Assembly (NCBI GenBank): GCA_001724265.1
Contig: MEDY01000052.1
Coordinates: forward strand, 62,001 to 126,000
From: Rhizaria sp. SCN 62-66
Lineage: Eukaryota
Length of the DNA stretch: 64,000 bases
Direction: 5' to 3'
Position 1 is the stretch's first letter; each line of letters starts with the position of its first letter. Below are positions 11,601 to 22,184 of the stretch, piece after piece. Below the pieces are notes generated by a model. That model worked only from the letters and a program-made list of their open reading frames with translations. It was not told the origin of the DNA and did not search any database. The position numbers were made by a program, and so were the translations under genes.

Positions 11601-14600
11601 GTGCAGCCGGTGACCGACGTCGCAGGTTTGTGCAGACCGTCGCAAGCGGAGTCGGAAACGGCCGCATTCGTGGTGGGGTTGACACAGACGACGGTGCGCG
11701 TGCGCACGCCTGTGGCCGCGCCGCAGCTGCCGACGCAGTCGCCCCAGGAGTTGTCGTCGCAGTCGACGCGCGTCGCAGTCGACGCGCCGCACCTCCACAG
11801 CGGCTGGCCACCGCAGCCAGCGGTGTCGACGCAGTCCTCGCTGGTGGCGGGCGAAGTGCCGCATGTGGTGGCCGCCGTGCCAGCCTGGTTGCGGCACGCC
11901 ACCGTGCGGTCGCGCGTGCCAGCGCCGCAGTTGCCTGTGCACGCGGCCCAGTTGTCCGTGGTGTTGCAGGGCGCGGCGGCAGAGGCAGCGGCGCCCTTGG
12001 GTGTACAATACCACTGAGTGACGCAGCCAGAAGTGCTCGTGCACGTCTGCGAGGTCACAGGGCTCGCGCCCGCGGCGGTGACGCAAAGGGCGTTGTCCTG
12101 CACGGTCGAGCTGGAGGTCGCGGCACAAACCACGGAGCGCGTTTGAGAGCCAGAGCCGCAGTCGTTGGAGCACGTGGCCCAGGAGGTGGAGCTGGTGCAG
12201 GCGAGGCGTGACGTCGCGCCAGTCGCAGTGCACCACCACTTGCAACCAGAGGTAGCAGAGCACGCGCGCGAGCTGGCGGGCACGGTGCCGGAGCACTTGC
12301 TGCTGGCCGCGTTGGCATCGAGCTGATCGCGGCACTGCACGACACGCGCCTGCGTGCCAGTGCCGCAAGTCGAAGTGCACGTGGCCCAATTGTCCTCGTC
12401 GCCGCACGTACCGTAGGTTCCGGAGCTGCTCATGGCGCACTTGTACGAGTACGTGCATGTCGCCGTGCACGCCTGCGACGCCACGGGCTTAGAGCTGGCG
12501 ACGCAGTTAGCCTCATCCGTCGTCGTGCCTGAGGCTGTCTTGCAAGTCACATTGCGCGTCTGAGTGCCGCCGTTGATGTCGCACGACGTCGTGGCCGCGC
12601 ACGTGCTCCACGCAGTGGCAGACCAGGAGTACGACTCCGTGGACGCGCACGTGCAGCTCTCAGAGCTCGCGCTACAGAGGGACTGCGCGACAAGCAGGTC
12701 GCCGTTCTCCCAGCATTTGAGCTCGCGGGTACGCGTGCCGACCGTGGTGCCCGAGGCGCAGGTGCACGTGCTCCAGGAGGTCCCCACATCAGTGGCGGTG
12801 TACGTCAGCGGCTGGCACGTCGTCGTGCGGCTCGAAAGCCCGGGGTTCGGAGACGTGCAGCGGCCGGGCGTGGTGGTGCCCGACACGGTGCAGTACGACC
12901 CGTGCGTGATGTTGAACGCCACACTGAAGCTCGGGCATGTCGTCGGATTCGGGGCAGTGTTTAAGGCGCACGTCTCGCTGCACTGGTCACTGGACTTAAT
13001 GCCGCAGTGCAGCAGGTTGCCGTAGGCGTGACACTCGCTCGTCGCGCAGCGGCCGGCCGGACCGCAGTAGCCGAGCGGGCCAAACGCAGCGCGGCACGTC
13101 GCCGTCGTGGGCTTGGGCTGGCAGTTGACGCAGCACTCGCCCGCAGTCTCACTGCAGCGCGAGCCAGCAGTGAACTTGCAGGCAGCAGTGCAGCACGCGT
13201 TGCCGCCGGAGACGCCAGAGTCGCACTCCTCGCCAACCTCGACGACACCGTTGCCGCAGACGGCGTCGGCGGCAGTGTTGGTGACCCACGCAAGCGTACG
13301 CGGGGAGACGTACGAGGAGGACGTCGAATACAGCGAGGTGTTGACGTTGTTGCAGAAAATGGTCTTTTCCTTCTCAACGTTGAAACCAATCTGTCCGGGG
13401 TCGACGGCGGCGTTGGAGTTGAGGCGACCGCCGTTGTTATAGTCCATGATGCCGCCGTACACGCCCTGCTCCGAGGAAGTAGCGAACGGGTGCGGCAGAT
13501 TAAACGTGTGGCCAACCTCGTGCGCAAACGTCAACCATGTCGTGGCGTGGAACTGGCTCCAGCCGCCAGCGCCGGAGATCATCGCCGCAGTGCCGAGACG
13601 CGCCATGCCGACGGTGCCAGCGGGCGGGAAGCAGTTGGTGATGACGTGCACAGCGCCCGTCTTGCGGTTATCAACCGTGGCGGTCGTGTTGCTCGTGCGC
13701 CAGTTGAGGACGAGCGTAAGGAGCGCCGCAGGGTCAGTCTGGCAGTTGGTCTTATCGTTGTTGTAGTCGCGGTTCCAGTCCACGGGGTTGCCACCGTCCG
13801 TGCACGTGGACGTGGTGCAGACCAGCAGACGCGACAGCGCGAGCGTGACGTCGAGCTGCGCCGAGTACACCGCGTTGGTCATGGCCATCATCGACGCCAT
13901 ATACGCAGTCGTGGCCGCCACAGAGCCCGTGGACGCGGTGACGCCGTACGCAACGCCGATCGCCATGCGGAACGTGCGCGCACCGCCAGCAAAGCAGCTG
14001 GTCCACTTCGTCAGCAGCGGGCGGCGCGCCGCGCTGACACCAGAGTCAGCGTCAACGTCAGAGTCGGCGGACTGCGTGGTGGCGTGCGCACTCGCGTGTG
14101 CAAAAAGTGACGGCGACGTGACGGGCTCGACGGGCAGAAGCACATCCTCGCCGGAGTTCGCATCCGAGGCAACGCCGCCGCAGCCAAGGTATGGCACGTC
14201 GTTGCCGGCGGCGTCGCGCGCGCGCAGCGGCAGCTCCGAGAGCGCAGTGGCGACGAACGGACTGCGCGAGCCCGCGGACGCGGCAGTGCGCAGGACCGAG
14301 CGCGACGCGGGCGTGAATGCGGGCGCTAGCGAAGGCGTGGCGAGCAGGCGGCGCGCAGGCTGGATGTGCACGCCGTCGTCGTCGGCCAGCACCAGCGCGT
14401 CGACGAGCGCGCCCGTGGTGGGGTCGAGAGTCAGCGTCGCGACACCAGGAGCGCCAGAGGCGTCGGTGAAGGTGGCGCGATAAGACGTCGGGGGCGGGTG
14501 CGCAAAGACACGCTTGCCGTCGACGGAGATGGTAGCGTCGGGCGTAAAGACGCTGGGCAGGAGAGTTAGGTTGTAGGCGTGGAAACGGCCCTGAGACTCG

Positions 14601-15028
14601 AACGAGAGCTCAAGCTCATCGCCGAAAGGAGAGCCCGTGCCGGGAGCGCTGAGCAGGTACGCGTCCTCGATCTCCTGGGGGTCAAGCTCGCCGTCAGCGT
14701 TCGCACGCGGGGCAGGAGCGGTAAAGTGCAGGCTCTCGGCGGCGGCAAGCTCCTCGGCGTCGCGGAACTTAAGCCCGGCGGTGACGGAGAGAGGCTCCAT
14801 GTGCAGAGATGAGATGGAGGCAGCAGCAAAGCCGCTCTCAGTGCCGGCGGGCGCGGGAGCGCGCACATGACGCCGGACGAGGATGTCATTCACCGCATGC
14901 ACGTTGTGAATGCTGGGGGAAGAAGAAATGAATGCCTCAGGCTCGCCATAGCGGGGCACGGCGGCCAGAGCGCCCCCCAACAGAGTCGCCACAAAGGCGA
15001 CAACGAGGAGGAAGGGTCGAAGGGTCAT
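8633..15028 (-). CDS. Type I membrane reprolysin (M12B)-like zinc metalloprotease: signal peptide, prodomain, metalloprotease, disintegrin-like, many TSP1-like repeats, EGF-like repeats, TM helix, Pro/Gln/Tyr-rich tail
   Basis: MTLRPFLLVVAFVATLLGGALAA signal peptide; HEVGHTFNLPH zinc motif and GIMDY Met-turn; CGNGVVEVGEECD...CC disintegrin-like start; repeated W(S/A)xCxxxCGxGxxxRxVxC; CxCxxGYxGxxC; TM WVIAVVVICVILGVLLIACLL. Single exon, stop TAA. Confidence 0.88.
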   Translation of the reverse strand: MTLRPFLLVVAFVATLLGGALAAVPRYGEPEAFISSSPSIHNVHAVNDILVRRHVRAPAPAGTESGFAAASISSLHMEPLSVTAGLKFRDAEELAAAESLHFTAPAPRANADGELDPQEIEDAYLLSAPGTGSPFGDELELSFESQGRFHAYNLTLLPSVFTPDATISVDGKRVFAHPPPTSYRATFTDASGAPGVATLTLDPTTGALVDALVLADDDGVHIQPARRLLATPSLAPAFTPASRSVLRTAASAGSRSPFVATALSELPLRARDAAGNDVPYLGCGGVASDANSGEDVLLPVEPVTSPSLFAHASAHATTQSADSDVDADSGVSAARRPLLTKWTSCFAGGARTFRMAIGVAYGVTASTGSVAATTAYMASMMAMTNAVYSAQLDVTLALSRLLVCTTSTCTDGGNPVDWNRDYNNDKTNCQTDPAALLTLVLNWRTSNTTATVDNRKTGAVHVITNCFPPAGTVGMARLGTAAMISGAGGWSQFHATTWLTFAHEVGHTFNLPHPFATSSEQGVYGGIMDYNNGGRLNSNAAVDPGQIGFNVEKEKTIFCNNVNTSLYSTSSSYVSPRTLAWVTNTAADAVCGNGVVEVGEECDSGVSGGNACCTAACKFTAGSRCSETAGECCVNCQPKPTTATCRAAFGPLGYCGPAGRCATSECHAYGNLLHCGIKSSDQCSETCALNTAPNPTTCPSFSVAFNITHGSYCTVSGTTTPGRCTSPNPGLSSRTTTCQPLTYTATDVGTSWSTCTCASGTTVGTRTRELKCWENGDLLVAQSLCSASSESCTCASTESYSWSATAWSTCAATTSCDINGGTQTRNVTCKTASGTTTDEANCVASSKPVASQACTATCTYSYKCAMSSSGTYGTCGDEDNWATCTSTCGTGTQARVVQCRDQLDANAASSKCSGTVPASSRACSATSGCKWWCTATGATSRLACTSSTSWATCSNDCGSGSQTRSVVCAATSSSTVQDNALCVTAAGASPVTSQTCTSTSGCVTQWYCTPKGAAASAAAPCNTTDNWAACTGNCGAGTRDRTVACRNQAGTAATTCGTSPATSEDCVDTAGCGGQPLWRCGASTATRVDCDDNSWGDCVGSCGAATGVRTRTVVCVNPTTNAAVSDSACDGLHKPATSVTGCTASPTSTGCTADWRCWSPTAPALVTCSDTGSEWTACSSKCSSTGRRGRNVGCFVLPGGNAAPIAVNNSVCASAGAGTQPAASSSCTDRSACAWVVKQSWSGCPACSVNPTTSPGTMTRVVSCVDSSASLINSALLSDCEASGTVAGTKPATSAACTDTPQCPTDPTAAEPTYGWERSAISACTGACSWGVLTSTVTCCRYTTDTPTCTAVSDGFCPATTRPSTETSCLLGSVSCQNSGTCSVGFTGTPSRLWGTCTCYPGTRGDQCAEVATLNVTSVTVSGASSVGTTATRGSKLTVNFSYSGSSWASSLNTHFLIEARGSGDDVRPMMTVPVTATSAVFEVPTSWAAFSFTVRVSVSASLYADSASTFSLGSICDSEGGSYCGLNGVCSRTSAPSDACTCKEGYSGARCENGPCVTYGCNTLDTSSCAPRTFPGVDSATTGCVCKAGYHGTTCGTPTTCDLDAAATAAAKSTASSSVGVCLNNGFALAKTGGLFGCGTCVCTGDWTGSSCQTCDRRCSTSGSSGTSGRPSSDCSACECSREFVGDQCECRGVALVLTFAANNLPLRVTILDSDATKAFFARAALELTRAARGLLPGGGSATGVPASAGKVTFRSAELYTSSSKIDYVIARFHLNGYCATPDAATGRFVIAATNDPEGADQSMVSAYTAVTALAAKYSTLVAATSSVLSLSEVSLGLGVSDSTCTSTSSITCPASTSTGVPSDYNTDTGGSGGSGTPGWVIAVVVICVILGVLLIACLLSCCCCQQFQGTRRYWCRACMRSSSGSSGAPVEAPAAVVMVPVAPASTAAPPVAPVPPQQPPQFYGQQQSGYGQPQPGYGQPQPGFGQPQSGYGQPAGYPPATPPQYGYAPAAPMAPQPPRSPQQQTYYAVSSDNPMQHSGSGYGQQAPMAPPPPKPPAYGQYGGGAPPAHPPAYSAAPMPPRPPQPPQPPMPYAQAPPMPYAQAPPQPPTPYGQGPPSAPVPPPMPPRRY

Positions 15029-15610
15029 CGCAGGGCGTGTGACCGTTCTACGCAACAGAATCAGGGTGACACAAGGCAGGAAGGGAATAGCAGAGAAAGA
15101 GGGTGAGTAATATGTGTAGAGTGACAACGAAAACCCTAGCCAAACCGCATAGCCCGCCTGTCGCGCGCATGGCACACGACGCTTAAGTGTCCCCGCTAAA
15201 GCCGAGCGGTCGATTTCGATGAGATTGATCAGACCCATTTCGCCACGGAGCGAGTCATGGCAATATATTGAGAAGCTAATATAGAATCTGTATCTCCCAT
15301 TTAAGTGTAACCGTGAAACAAGTCATACCGAATGTGAAAGCCACCTTCTTTAAAGTTGGCCAACTTTTTTGCCTCTCCTGGCAAAGAAACACGAAGCTGC
15401 ATCTGGAACAACCGCCCTAGCCTCCTCATCGTAACAATTGTGTAACCTTGCTGTGGGCTGTCCTGTCCGTCAGCAGACTTCTGACACATTGCATAAACCA
15501 CGTCTTTGTTGAACGTGTATCAATACTTCTTTTAGACCTCTCAAGCGTTCACCGGACCTCGTTCCACTCTCTTCCCCAGCGCTCGCCTCAACCACTGAGA
15601 GAGCAGTCCG

Positions 15611-16872
15611 ATGAGCTCGTTCGAGGACACGGTTCTGGAGAAGCGGCTCATCCACCGCGTGGGCCGCTACACGGCGTCATGGCGCAAATTTCTTTACGCC
15701 ATGAACATTTTCGGCATCATCCTCGCTGCCGTCCTGCTGGGCCTCGCCGCTTGGTACTCGATCAGCGATGAGGTATGTCAACACTTGCCACTCACTTATC
15801 TTTCATATCATCAGCCACAGACAACGCTTTTTAAATCACATATGCTTGTTTCTTTGAATAGCGCTTTTCGACTTTTCTTATTAGCCGCACCTTGTTCGAT
15901 CCACTGTTGCATGCCTCACCATATCCACTGTTTATTCTCCTTTCATAACCCCCCTCGCTCCCGTCATTGCGATTCACGACACTCTCTAACTGACGCCCTG
16001 CCCTCTGTTATCAACTGCCATGCCACGTCATGTTTTATTTCGCTCTTGCAGTTGCACATGATGATGCCCCTGTGGGGCTTTTACGTCTGCATCGCGTTCG
16101 GCTCCGTCATGCTTGCCTTTTCTTTCGTAGGCATCATTGGCACTTATTCCGCGCCCGGTTACATCGTGCGTCAACGCTGCAACGGCTGGATGTTTACCTA
16201 CCAGCTCGCCGTACTCGTCGTGTTTGTCCTCACTATTGTCTCCGCGGTTGCGCTGCTTGGTTTCCTGAAGAACATCGAGGGCGCGCGCACCGGCTCCCCT
16301 CGTGGTATCGCCTTTGAGTCAGATATCCGCGCGTGGAAGGCCGCGCACAAGTCCCGCTGGCTCGATATCGAGGCGCTGTTTGAGTGCTGCGGTTTTGACT
16401 CGTACGTTAAACATCAATATCTCTTGAATATTGAGATGATCTCGACCGAGGAACCGGCGAGATATGCGCTGCGCTCGTACATTGTCATGAAGTCTTTGAC
16501 CTCTGCACACTTTTGTGATCATGTCTATGCTCGATGTCTTAATAACGTTATATTTACGAATGTATATCATCTTTTGTCTATATTTGTGTCAATATAACCC
16601 CATTGCGTGTCACTCATGTTTGTTTCTGTTTCCCTAATGCTTGTTTCCTTTTTAGCGTGAGTGAATCTGACCGCAAGGAGTGCGGCGGCCACACCGCACT
16701 CAAGGCGTGCAAGTCCCTTCTCTACTCCGCAGCGGAGACCAAGCTCATCGTTATCGGCGTGCTTTCGGTTGTCTTTGCCTTCGCGTTGCTGTGTGCGATG
16801 ATGGGCTCGTGCTGCGTAGTCTGGCGCAAGCCCGCCGCGCGACCCTCGCTCGCATCGCGTGCCGACGACTAA
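15611..16872 (+). CDS. Tetraspanin-family protein; exons 15611-15772, 16052-16401, 16656-16872
   Basis: Four hydrophobic helices; FECCGFDS (CCG motif) plus two more Cys in the large loop. Introns GTATGT...GCAG (phase 0) and GTACGT...TTTAG (phase 2) keep the frame. Stop TAA. Confidence 0.85.
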
Positions 16873-17264
16873 CCGGAGGCGGAGGCGAAGCAATAGACGA
16901 CAAAGTTAGACTGTGGACTTGATGGGACTCATGATGAGGTTGATGAGTCACACTCGCGACTGAAGAGGCATTGATCGATCCGGATCACACCGAAAGACTG
17001 GCAGATAGAGTTGACGAGAGGAAGAAAAAGATACGAAAACACATACAAATGATATCTATTTAAGCAACTGTTTTATTAAAATATACCTTTAACGAAATTT
17101 TGTTCATGTTTGTCATCATAATTCTCCCTGACGGACCTTTGAGCGCGTATTGGTTGCTTCTTTTGTCGTCACGCCTTTTCCTCACTCCGCCGCGGCCTTC
17201 CGCTTCATTTCCATCTCGGCATCTCTCCCACGACTTTCATTGCGCATATTACAACTTTCATCAG

Positions 17265-18591
17265 ATGCTGCGCACTTCTCTTCGTAAGCTCGCTACGTTT
17301 GGCGCCTCTTCGTCCGCGATGCGCACCGTCATGCCCATCGTCAGCGTGCCGGCCCGTGAGGTTAAGGTCACCGCCGACCAGCTCCGCGTACGTCACTCTA
17401 TCTCACGCTTGCTTCTCAATATCTTTGCGAATGCCTGGTCGATCAGACTATGCTGCTCCCCGTATTGAAGCTAATGTTATAGCTATTCTGCTTGAATCCT
17501 CGCTCATCACGTTGTCTTTCTTCCTCCGCGGTTCGTTTATTCTCGCCCTCTTGCGTCGCTTTGCTTGACTTCGCTGTGTTCACTGTTGGCACTGCTGCCC
17601 CTCCCCACAGAACGGCCACCTGATCGAGTGGGAGGGCAAGCGCATGGCCGTGACGGGCTTTAAGGCTGCGATGATGGGCCGCCGTCCCACTTCGCTCCAC
17701 ATCGACCTCAAGGACGTCGTCACTGGCAAGTCTTTCCCGCAGCGTTTCTCCCCGTCGGATCGCGTCGAGCGCATCGAGCTGGAGAACAACGACTACCAGT
17801 ACCTGTACACGGAGGGCGATATTTCCTATGCGATGCACCCTGTGTCGTTCGAGCAGATCGAGTTCGACTCCAAGTACGTCTCGCTTCAACTCGAATTACC
17901 ATCAAACAAGAGCATCAAAAGCGCGAGTGAAATGTTTCTTGTTGATATTTGAACATATTATGTATCAACTTACTGGAACTAGAGGCTCTATGATCTTTTA
18001 TCCTTCTTTGTTATACGAATTCATCTCACACCAGAGCTTTTTATTCAAATTCTATCTGCCATCTGCTCCCCGCTTCCTTCTCTCTGCCCTCGCGGTGCAT
18101 CGTTTTGTGACCGTCCCACAGGCTATTCGGCGACGGCGCGGTGCACTACGCGCAGCCCGACTCGCCGGTCACGATCTCCTTCTACCAGGGCAAGGTTTTT
18201 TCCATCTCTGTGCCCGACTACGCCTTTGTGCGTGTGACTGATACCGAGTTCTACTCCGCTGAGAAGTCCGGCCCCAACGACCAGGTACGGCTTATATACT
18301 TACCCAACACACACGACTGAGCTTATGACCTTCTCATGTGATATGCATCCACACTGCTCACTCTGCAATCATTTGTTGTGCTCACTCCTACTGTTTTCTC
18401 TGCTTACGACACAGGCGCCCAAGCCGGCCGTGCTGGCCAACGGCCGCACCGTCAAGGTGACCCGCTTTGTCAACAACGGCGACCTGGTCAAGATCAAGGT
18501 CGACGGCGAGGAGTTTGTTTCCCGCGCCACTGAGGAGGAGGCCAAGGCGTACCAGGAGCGCTACCTCTCGAAGACCATCATGCGCGGCTAA
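17265..18591 (+). CDS. efp: Organellar (probably mitochondrial) elongation factor P; exons 17265-17387, 17611-17873, 18122-18284, 18415-18591
   Basis: Basic/hydroxylated presequence MLRTSLRKLATFG; LRNGHLIEWEGK, RVERIELE, YQYLYTEGD, M-x-P-x-x-FEQI; C-terminal KPAVLANGRTVKVTRFVNNGDLVKI...EFVSRA matches the EF-P C-terminal signature. Three GTACG...CAG introns with consistent phases. Stop TAA. Confidence 0.85.
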
Positions 18592-19077
18592 ATTGTTGCC
18601 CACTTACACGCAGGCTATGTATGTATGTGTACGACAACTTACAAATTGATGAGAGGAGCTGGCACAGCCACACTGAGCGCTTTAGCGCCATATGAGCAAA
18701 CGCAGCAGCAAAGCAGAGCAAAACCAGCGGTGCATGTGTTTGCGCAAGTGTAAGATTCTCGATTGTTTGTGCTCGGATTAGTTGTCATGCATGTATGCGT
18801 TGTGATGGTGGTGATGACGGATTGAACGTTCTTTATAATTTAAATACAAATTTACGCTATTTTATATCGTCAAATGCTCTTATTGAACTAGTCTGTCGCA
18901 TGTGCCGTGGAGTTCCAGTCAGAAATACGCGATCGATTTGTATTAAACAGAGCTAGGATCCAAACTCTGCAGTCTGGGCCAATTCTCGGCCACACCGACC
19001 TTACAACAACAAGCGCACCACATAATGCGTATAAATATCAAAGAGACCACATGCACGAACGACAGTCAGTCATTCAC

Positions 19078-20049
19078 TCACTTTATGGGGAAAGCAGCGA
19101 TGTAGTTGCTCCCAAAGTCCTCGGCATCAAGCACCCAGTCATTGAGCGGCGGCGGCCGGAACACCATGCCGCTTGCCACAAGCCCGTCGGCATCACCCCG
19201 GCGCCGCGCCGCCTCACCGCGTGCCGCATCGGCCTCTGGCAGCACGCCGGGCAGGGGAACCGTGTGTGCGCCGGTGACGAGCTGCTGCATCTCGAACGGG
19301 GTGAGGAACTTGTGCCACTCATGCGTACCGGGCGGGACCCAGCGCAGCACGTGTTCCGCGCCCAGGATTGCCATCGCGTACGCCTTGGCCGTGCGGTTCA
19401 TCGTAGAGAGAATCAGCAGACCGCCGGGTCGCACTAACTGCGCGCAGACTGCGGCGAAAACGGCAGGGTCAGACACGTGCTCGATGACTTCGACCGAGGT
19501 GACGACGTCAAACTGGCGGCCCGCGGCAACAAGCGCCTCGGCCGTCGCGTGGCGGTACTTGAGCGCGCGCAGAGTCGGGTCACCGGCAGCATGAGCCCGC
19601 GCCATCGCGACGTTGGCGGCGGCGACGTCGACGCCGAGCACGGAGTTCGGACCGAGACGCGCGAGCGACTCGCACAACAAACCGCCGCCAGAGCCGACGT
19701 CGAGCACGGAGAGGCCAGACAGCGGGGCCGATTCGGGCGTGGCAAAGTGCTGCTGCGCGGCCGCGGCGATGAAGGCCATGCGCGTGGGGTTCATCGCGTG
19801 CAAGGGGCGGAACGGACCGAGTGGGTCCCACCAGGTCGCCGCCATGGCGCCGAACTTGGCCACTTCGGCCGCGTCAACGGTGCTGGGGCCAGAGGACGCC
19901 GGCGGCACAGTGTGCGCGCGCATAGGAGCCGAGCGCAGTGCAGATGCCGCCGCCGACGACGACGAGGATAAGGATGAGGATGATGTAAGGGCGCAACGGC
20001 GCGCCAGCTGGGCAACGCCGCGCTTGAGAGAAGAGCTGTGACCAAGCAT
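19078..20049 (-). CDS. COQ3: Ubiquinone biosynthesis O-methyltransferase (COQ3/UbiG) with mitochondrial presequence
   Basis: STVDAAEVAKF...WWDPLGPFRPLHAMNPTR, VLDVGSGGGLLCESLARLG, FDVVTSVEVIEHV, STMNRT, PPGTHEWHKF. Stop TGA. Confidence 0.93.
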   Translation of the reverse strand: MLGHSSSLKRGVAQLARRCALTSSSSLSSSSSAAASALRSAPMRAHTVPPASSGPSTVDAAEVAKFGAMAATWWDPLGPFRPLHAMNPTRMAFIAAAAQQHFATPESAPLSGLSVLDVGSGGGLLCESLARLGPNSVLGVDVAAANVAMARAHAAGDPTLRALKYRHATAEALVAAGRQFDVVTSVEVIEHVSDPAVFAAVCAQLVRPGGLLILSTMNRTAKAYAMAILGAEHVLRWVPPGTHEWHKFLTPFEMQQLVTGAHTVPLPGVLPEADAARGEAARRRGDADGLVASGMVFRPPPLNDWVLDAEDFGSNYIAAFPIK

Positions 20050-20476
20050 TCTTGTTGGAGTTAAGAGGCCACGCAAGAGCACTGATTGTAGATCAGAGGA
20101 CACTTAACAACACGTCAGAAGGCAAAACTCGTGGGATGGCTGCTGGTGCGATCGGAGGGTCATGACGAGGGAGAGACCGGCGTGATAGGACGAGGACGGT
20201 GGATAGAAATCGGTGCATAGTGAGCCAAGACGTTGGGTTTAGAAAGTGATCAATTGGTATGATAGCCAAAGATTAGATATTTACCAATAAACCATGACAA
20301 AACCTTGTTTAAACGATGGTCAGCAGAGATATCGAGGCTGCAAATGTCGCCTCGCAGGGCCGACAGGGCCCACGGTCAGTGTGGCTCGGCGGCGAGAGCC
20401 AAGTTTCCCGCCCAAGGTCGTGAGACTTCATCAAGGTATATATGGGTGAAAACTCCGTCACAGAGTCCCACAAAAG

Positions 20477-21214
20477 ATGTCTGAGAGTGATCTTGCGCGG
20501 CGCTGCCGTTCTACTGATGTCCTGCCCAATCCGGAGACCCCGCGCCGCCTGGTGCTTCAAGCGCTTGACATCGTCCCCATCGACCACGAGGATGGCGTCA
20601 AGGAGTTCATTGTCACCGGCCGCTTTGCTGGTGAGGAGGCCGTACGTTTCTATACCCACAATTCTACCTAGAAAATATGTTTTGTTATATTATACTGCCG
20701 TTTACATTTGTTTTGCGAGTATCTTTGCGAGCAACGACTCACTTTTAGCTTCTTGCTCGCTCTCGTCTAATCGACTGTCTTGCTCCTGCGCTTGCCGCCG
20801 CTTCTGCTTGTATCGTTTCATCCCACGACAACAGACCGTGAAGCTGCACTTCGAGGATGCGTCCTCGTTTGAGGTTAACGGTTGGTACGAGGTTATCTGC
20901 AACTACCAGGACGGCAATCTCCGTGAGCTCACCAGCTTCAAGCTTCCCGGCGAGAACTTCGGTACGCCTCTATTCTTCCGCGCATATATATATTTTAACT
21001 GCCATATGTCCAATTTAAACTTCGTTGAACTATTATTTGCATGCTATGTTACGTGATGTCCGAGTTTTAGCTCACGACTATTCAATATTCTTCTTCAACT
21101 TCCAAATTTATTGTTTTGCTGCGTTCTTAACTCACAGATGAGAACGCATTCAAGGGTTTCCTTGACCTCTACAACGACAAGTTCCGCTCGTTCTACCTCG
21201 GCAGCAACAAGTAA
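20477..21214 (+). CDS. RPA3: Probable replication protein A 14 kDa subunit (RPA3-like OB fold), ~122 aa; exons 20477-20641, 20835-20961, 21138-21214
   Basis: Spliced product ends ...GWYEVICNYQDGNLRELTSFKLPGENFDENAFKGFLDLYNDKFRSFYLGSNK, resembling the RPA14 pattern YEVIG...G.NFD...Y..L.... Two GTACG...CAG introns in consistent phase; stop TAA. The N-terminal half is divergent. Confidence 0.6.
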
Positions 21215-22098
21215 ATCAGCTGACCACCGTGTTTTAGCTCTTTTTGCACATTTTGCATCGCCTCTGGCGGTCGCTGCTCATACTTTAACACAACCCACGC
21301 TCGCAAACGTGTGTTCTGTATGTGAAGCTGCCTTGTTAGCGCCTCTGTTGCGCCTCGTTACGTTAGTAAACTCGCTTATTACAGCCCACGAACATTCAAA
21401 ATTAAAACAAACAAAATACTTTATTCCAGACCGACAGATAAAGTCATCGATACACAACAAAAGTAAGACTTGAAGCGAATAGTGTTTGATATGGGTGCTT
21501 TGTATTGTTTGTAGAAAAGTAATATCACGGGGACATCCATTTATAGTATAATAGAATAGAACGCACGTCGCGATTATAAACAAAAAGAGAGAGCCAGACG
21601 TGTCCTCACTCGTCGCGCAATCAGCAAAGAAACTAAACAGCTGCTGCGGCAACAAAAGCTTGGCTGGCAAATAAATCACCTCGGCGGCGGTGGATGCAAA
21701 CGGCACCTGCACCGGCTGAGGGGTGGGACTATTGGATAGGAGAGGCCTCGGATCGCTCGCGCCCCCCTCACGCGCACGAGTCACACGACACCAGTCAACG
21801 GGGACTGAGAGAAGATGCTGCGTATGCGTCAGGAAGACGAGAGCAGAGGCGGCGGCACAGTGAGTCCGTCACTGCGCCGCGGGGCCTGTGAAAATAAAAC
21901 TGGCTATATAGGTCTATGATACCAAAGCACATGTTGTGTCAGAAATAGAATCGGAGAAGAAACGAGAGAGGTCGAGGCAGGTGAGAGGAGGATTCGAGCA
22001 AGGCAGGCGGAGAAGATGCGAGGTTCAGGGTGCATCAAGGCAGAAATTGGCCATGGTGCGGTTGCGGAGGGGGATTATAGTATTAAAGAAAGTAGTAG

Positions 22099-22184
22099 TG
22101 CTCACTCAGAGTTTGTTCAACATTTGAGACATATAGCGAAGGCCGTAGCCCTGCCATTCCAGGAAAAAAGTGTCATCACGAGCA
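22099..22184 (-). ncRNA. Candidate intronic box C/D snoRNA
   Basis: Minus strand reads TGCTC-GTGATGA (box C, 22179-22173)...CTGA (box D, 22109-22106)-GT-GAGCA with a 5-bp terminal inverted repeat, inside a putative 3'-UTR intron (22296-21886). No target identified. Confidence 0.45.

Noticed and set aside
15773-16051. Stop-free in-frame stretch in the tetraspanin ORF
   Set aside because: Pyrimidine-rich, bounded by GTATGT...GCAG, and it would disrupt the short loop between TM1 and TM2; treated as an intron.
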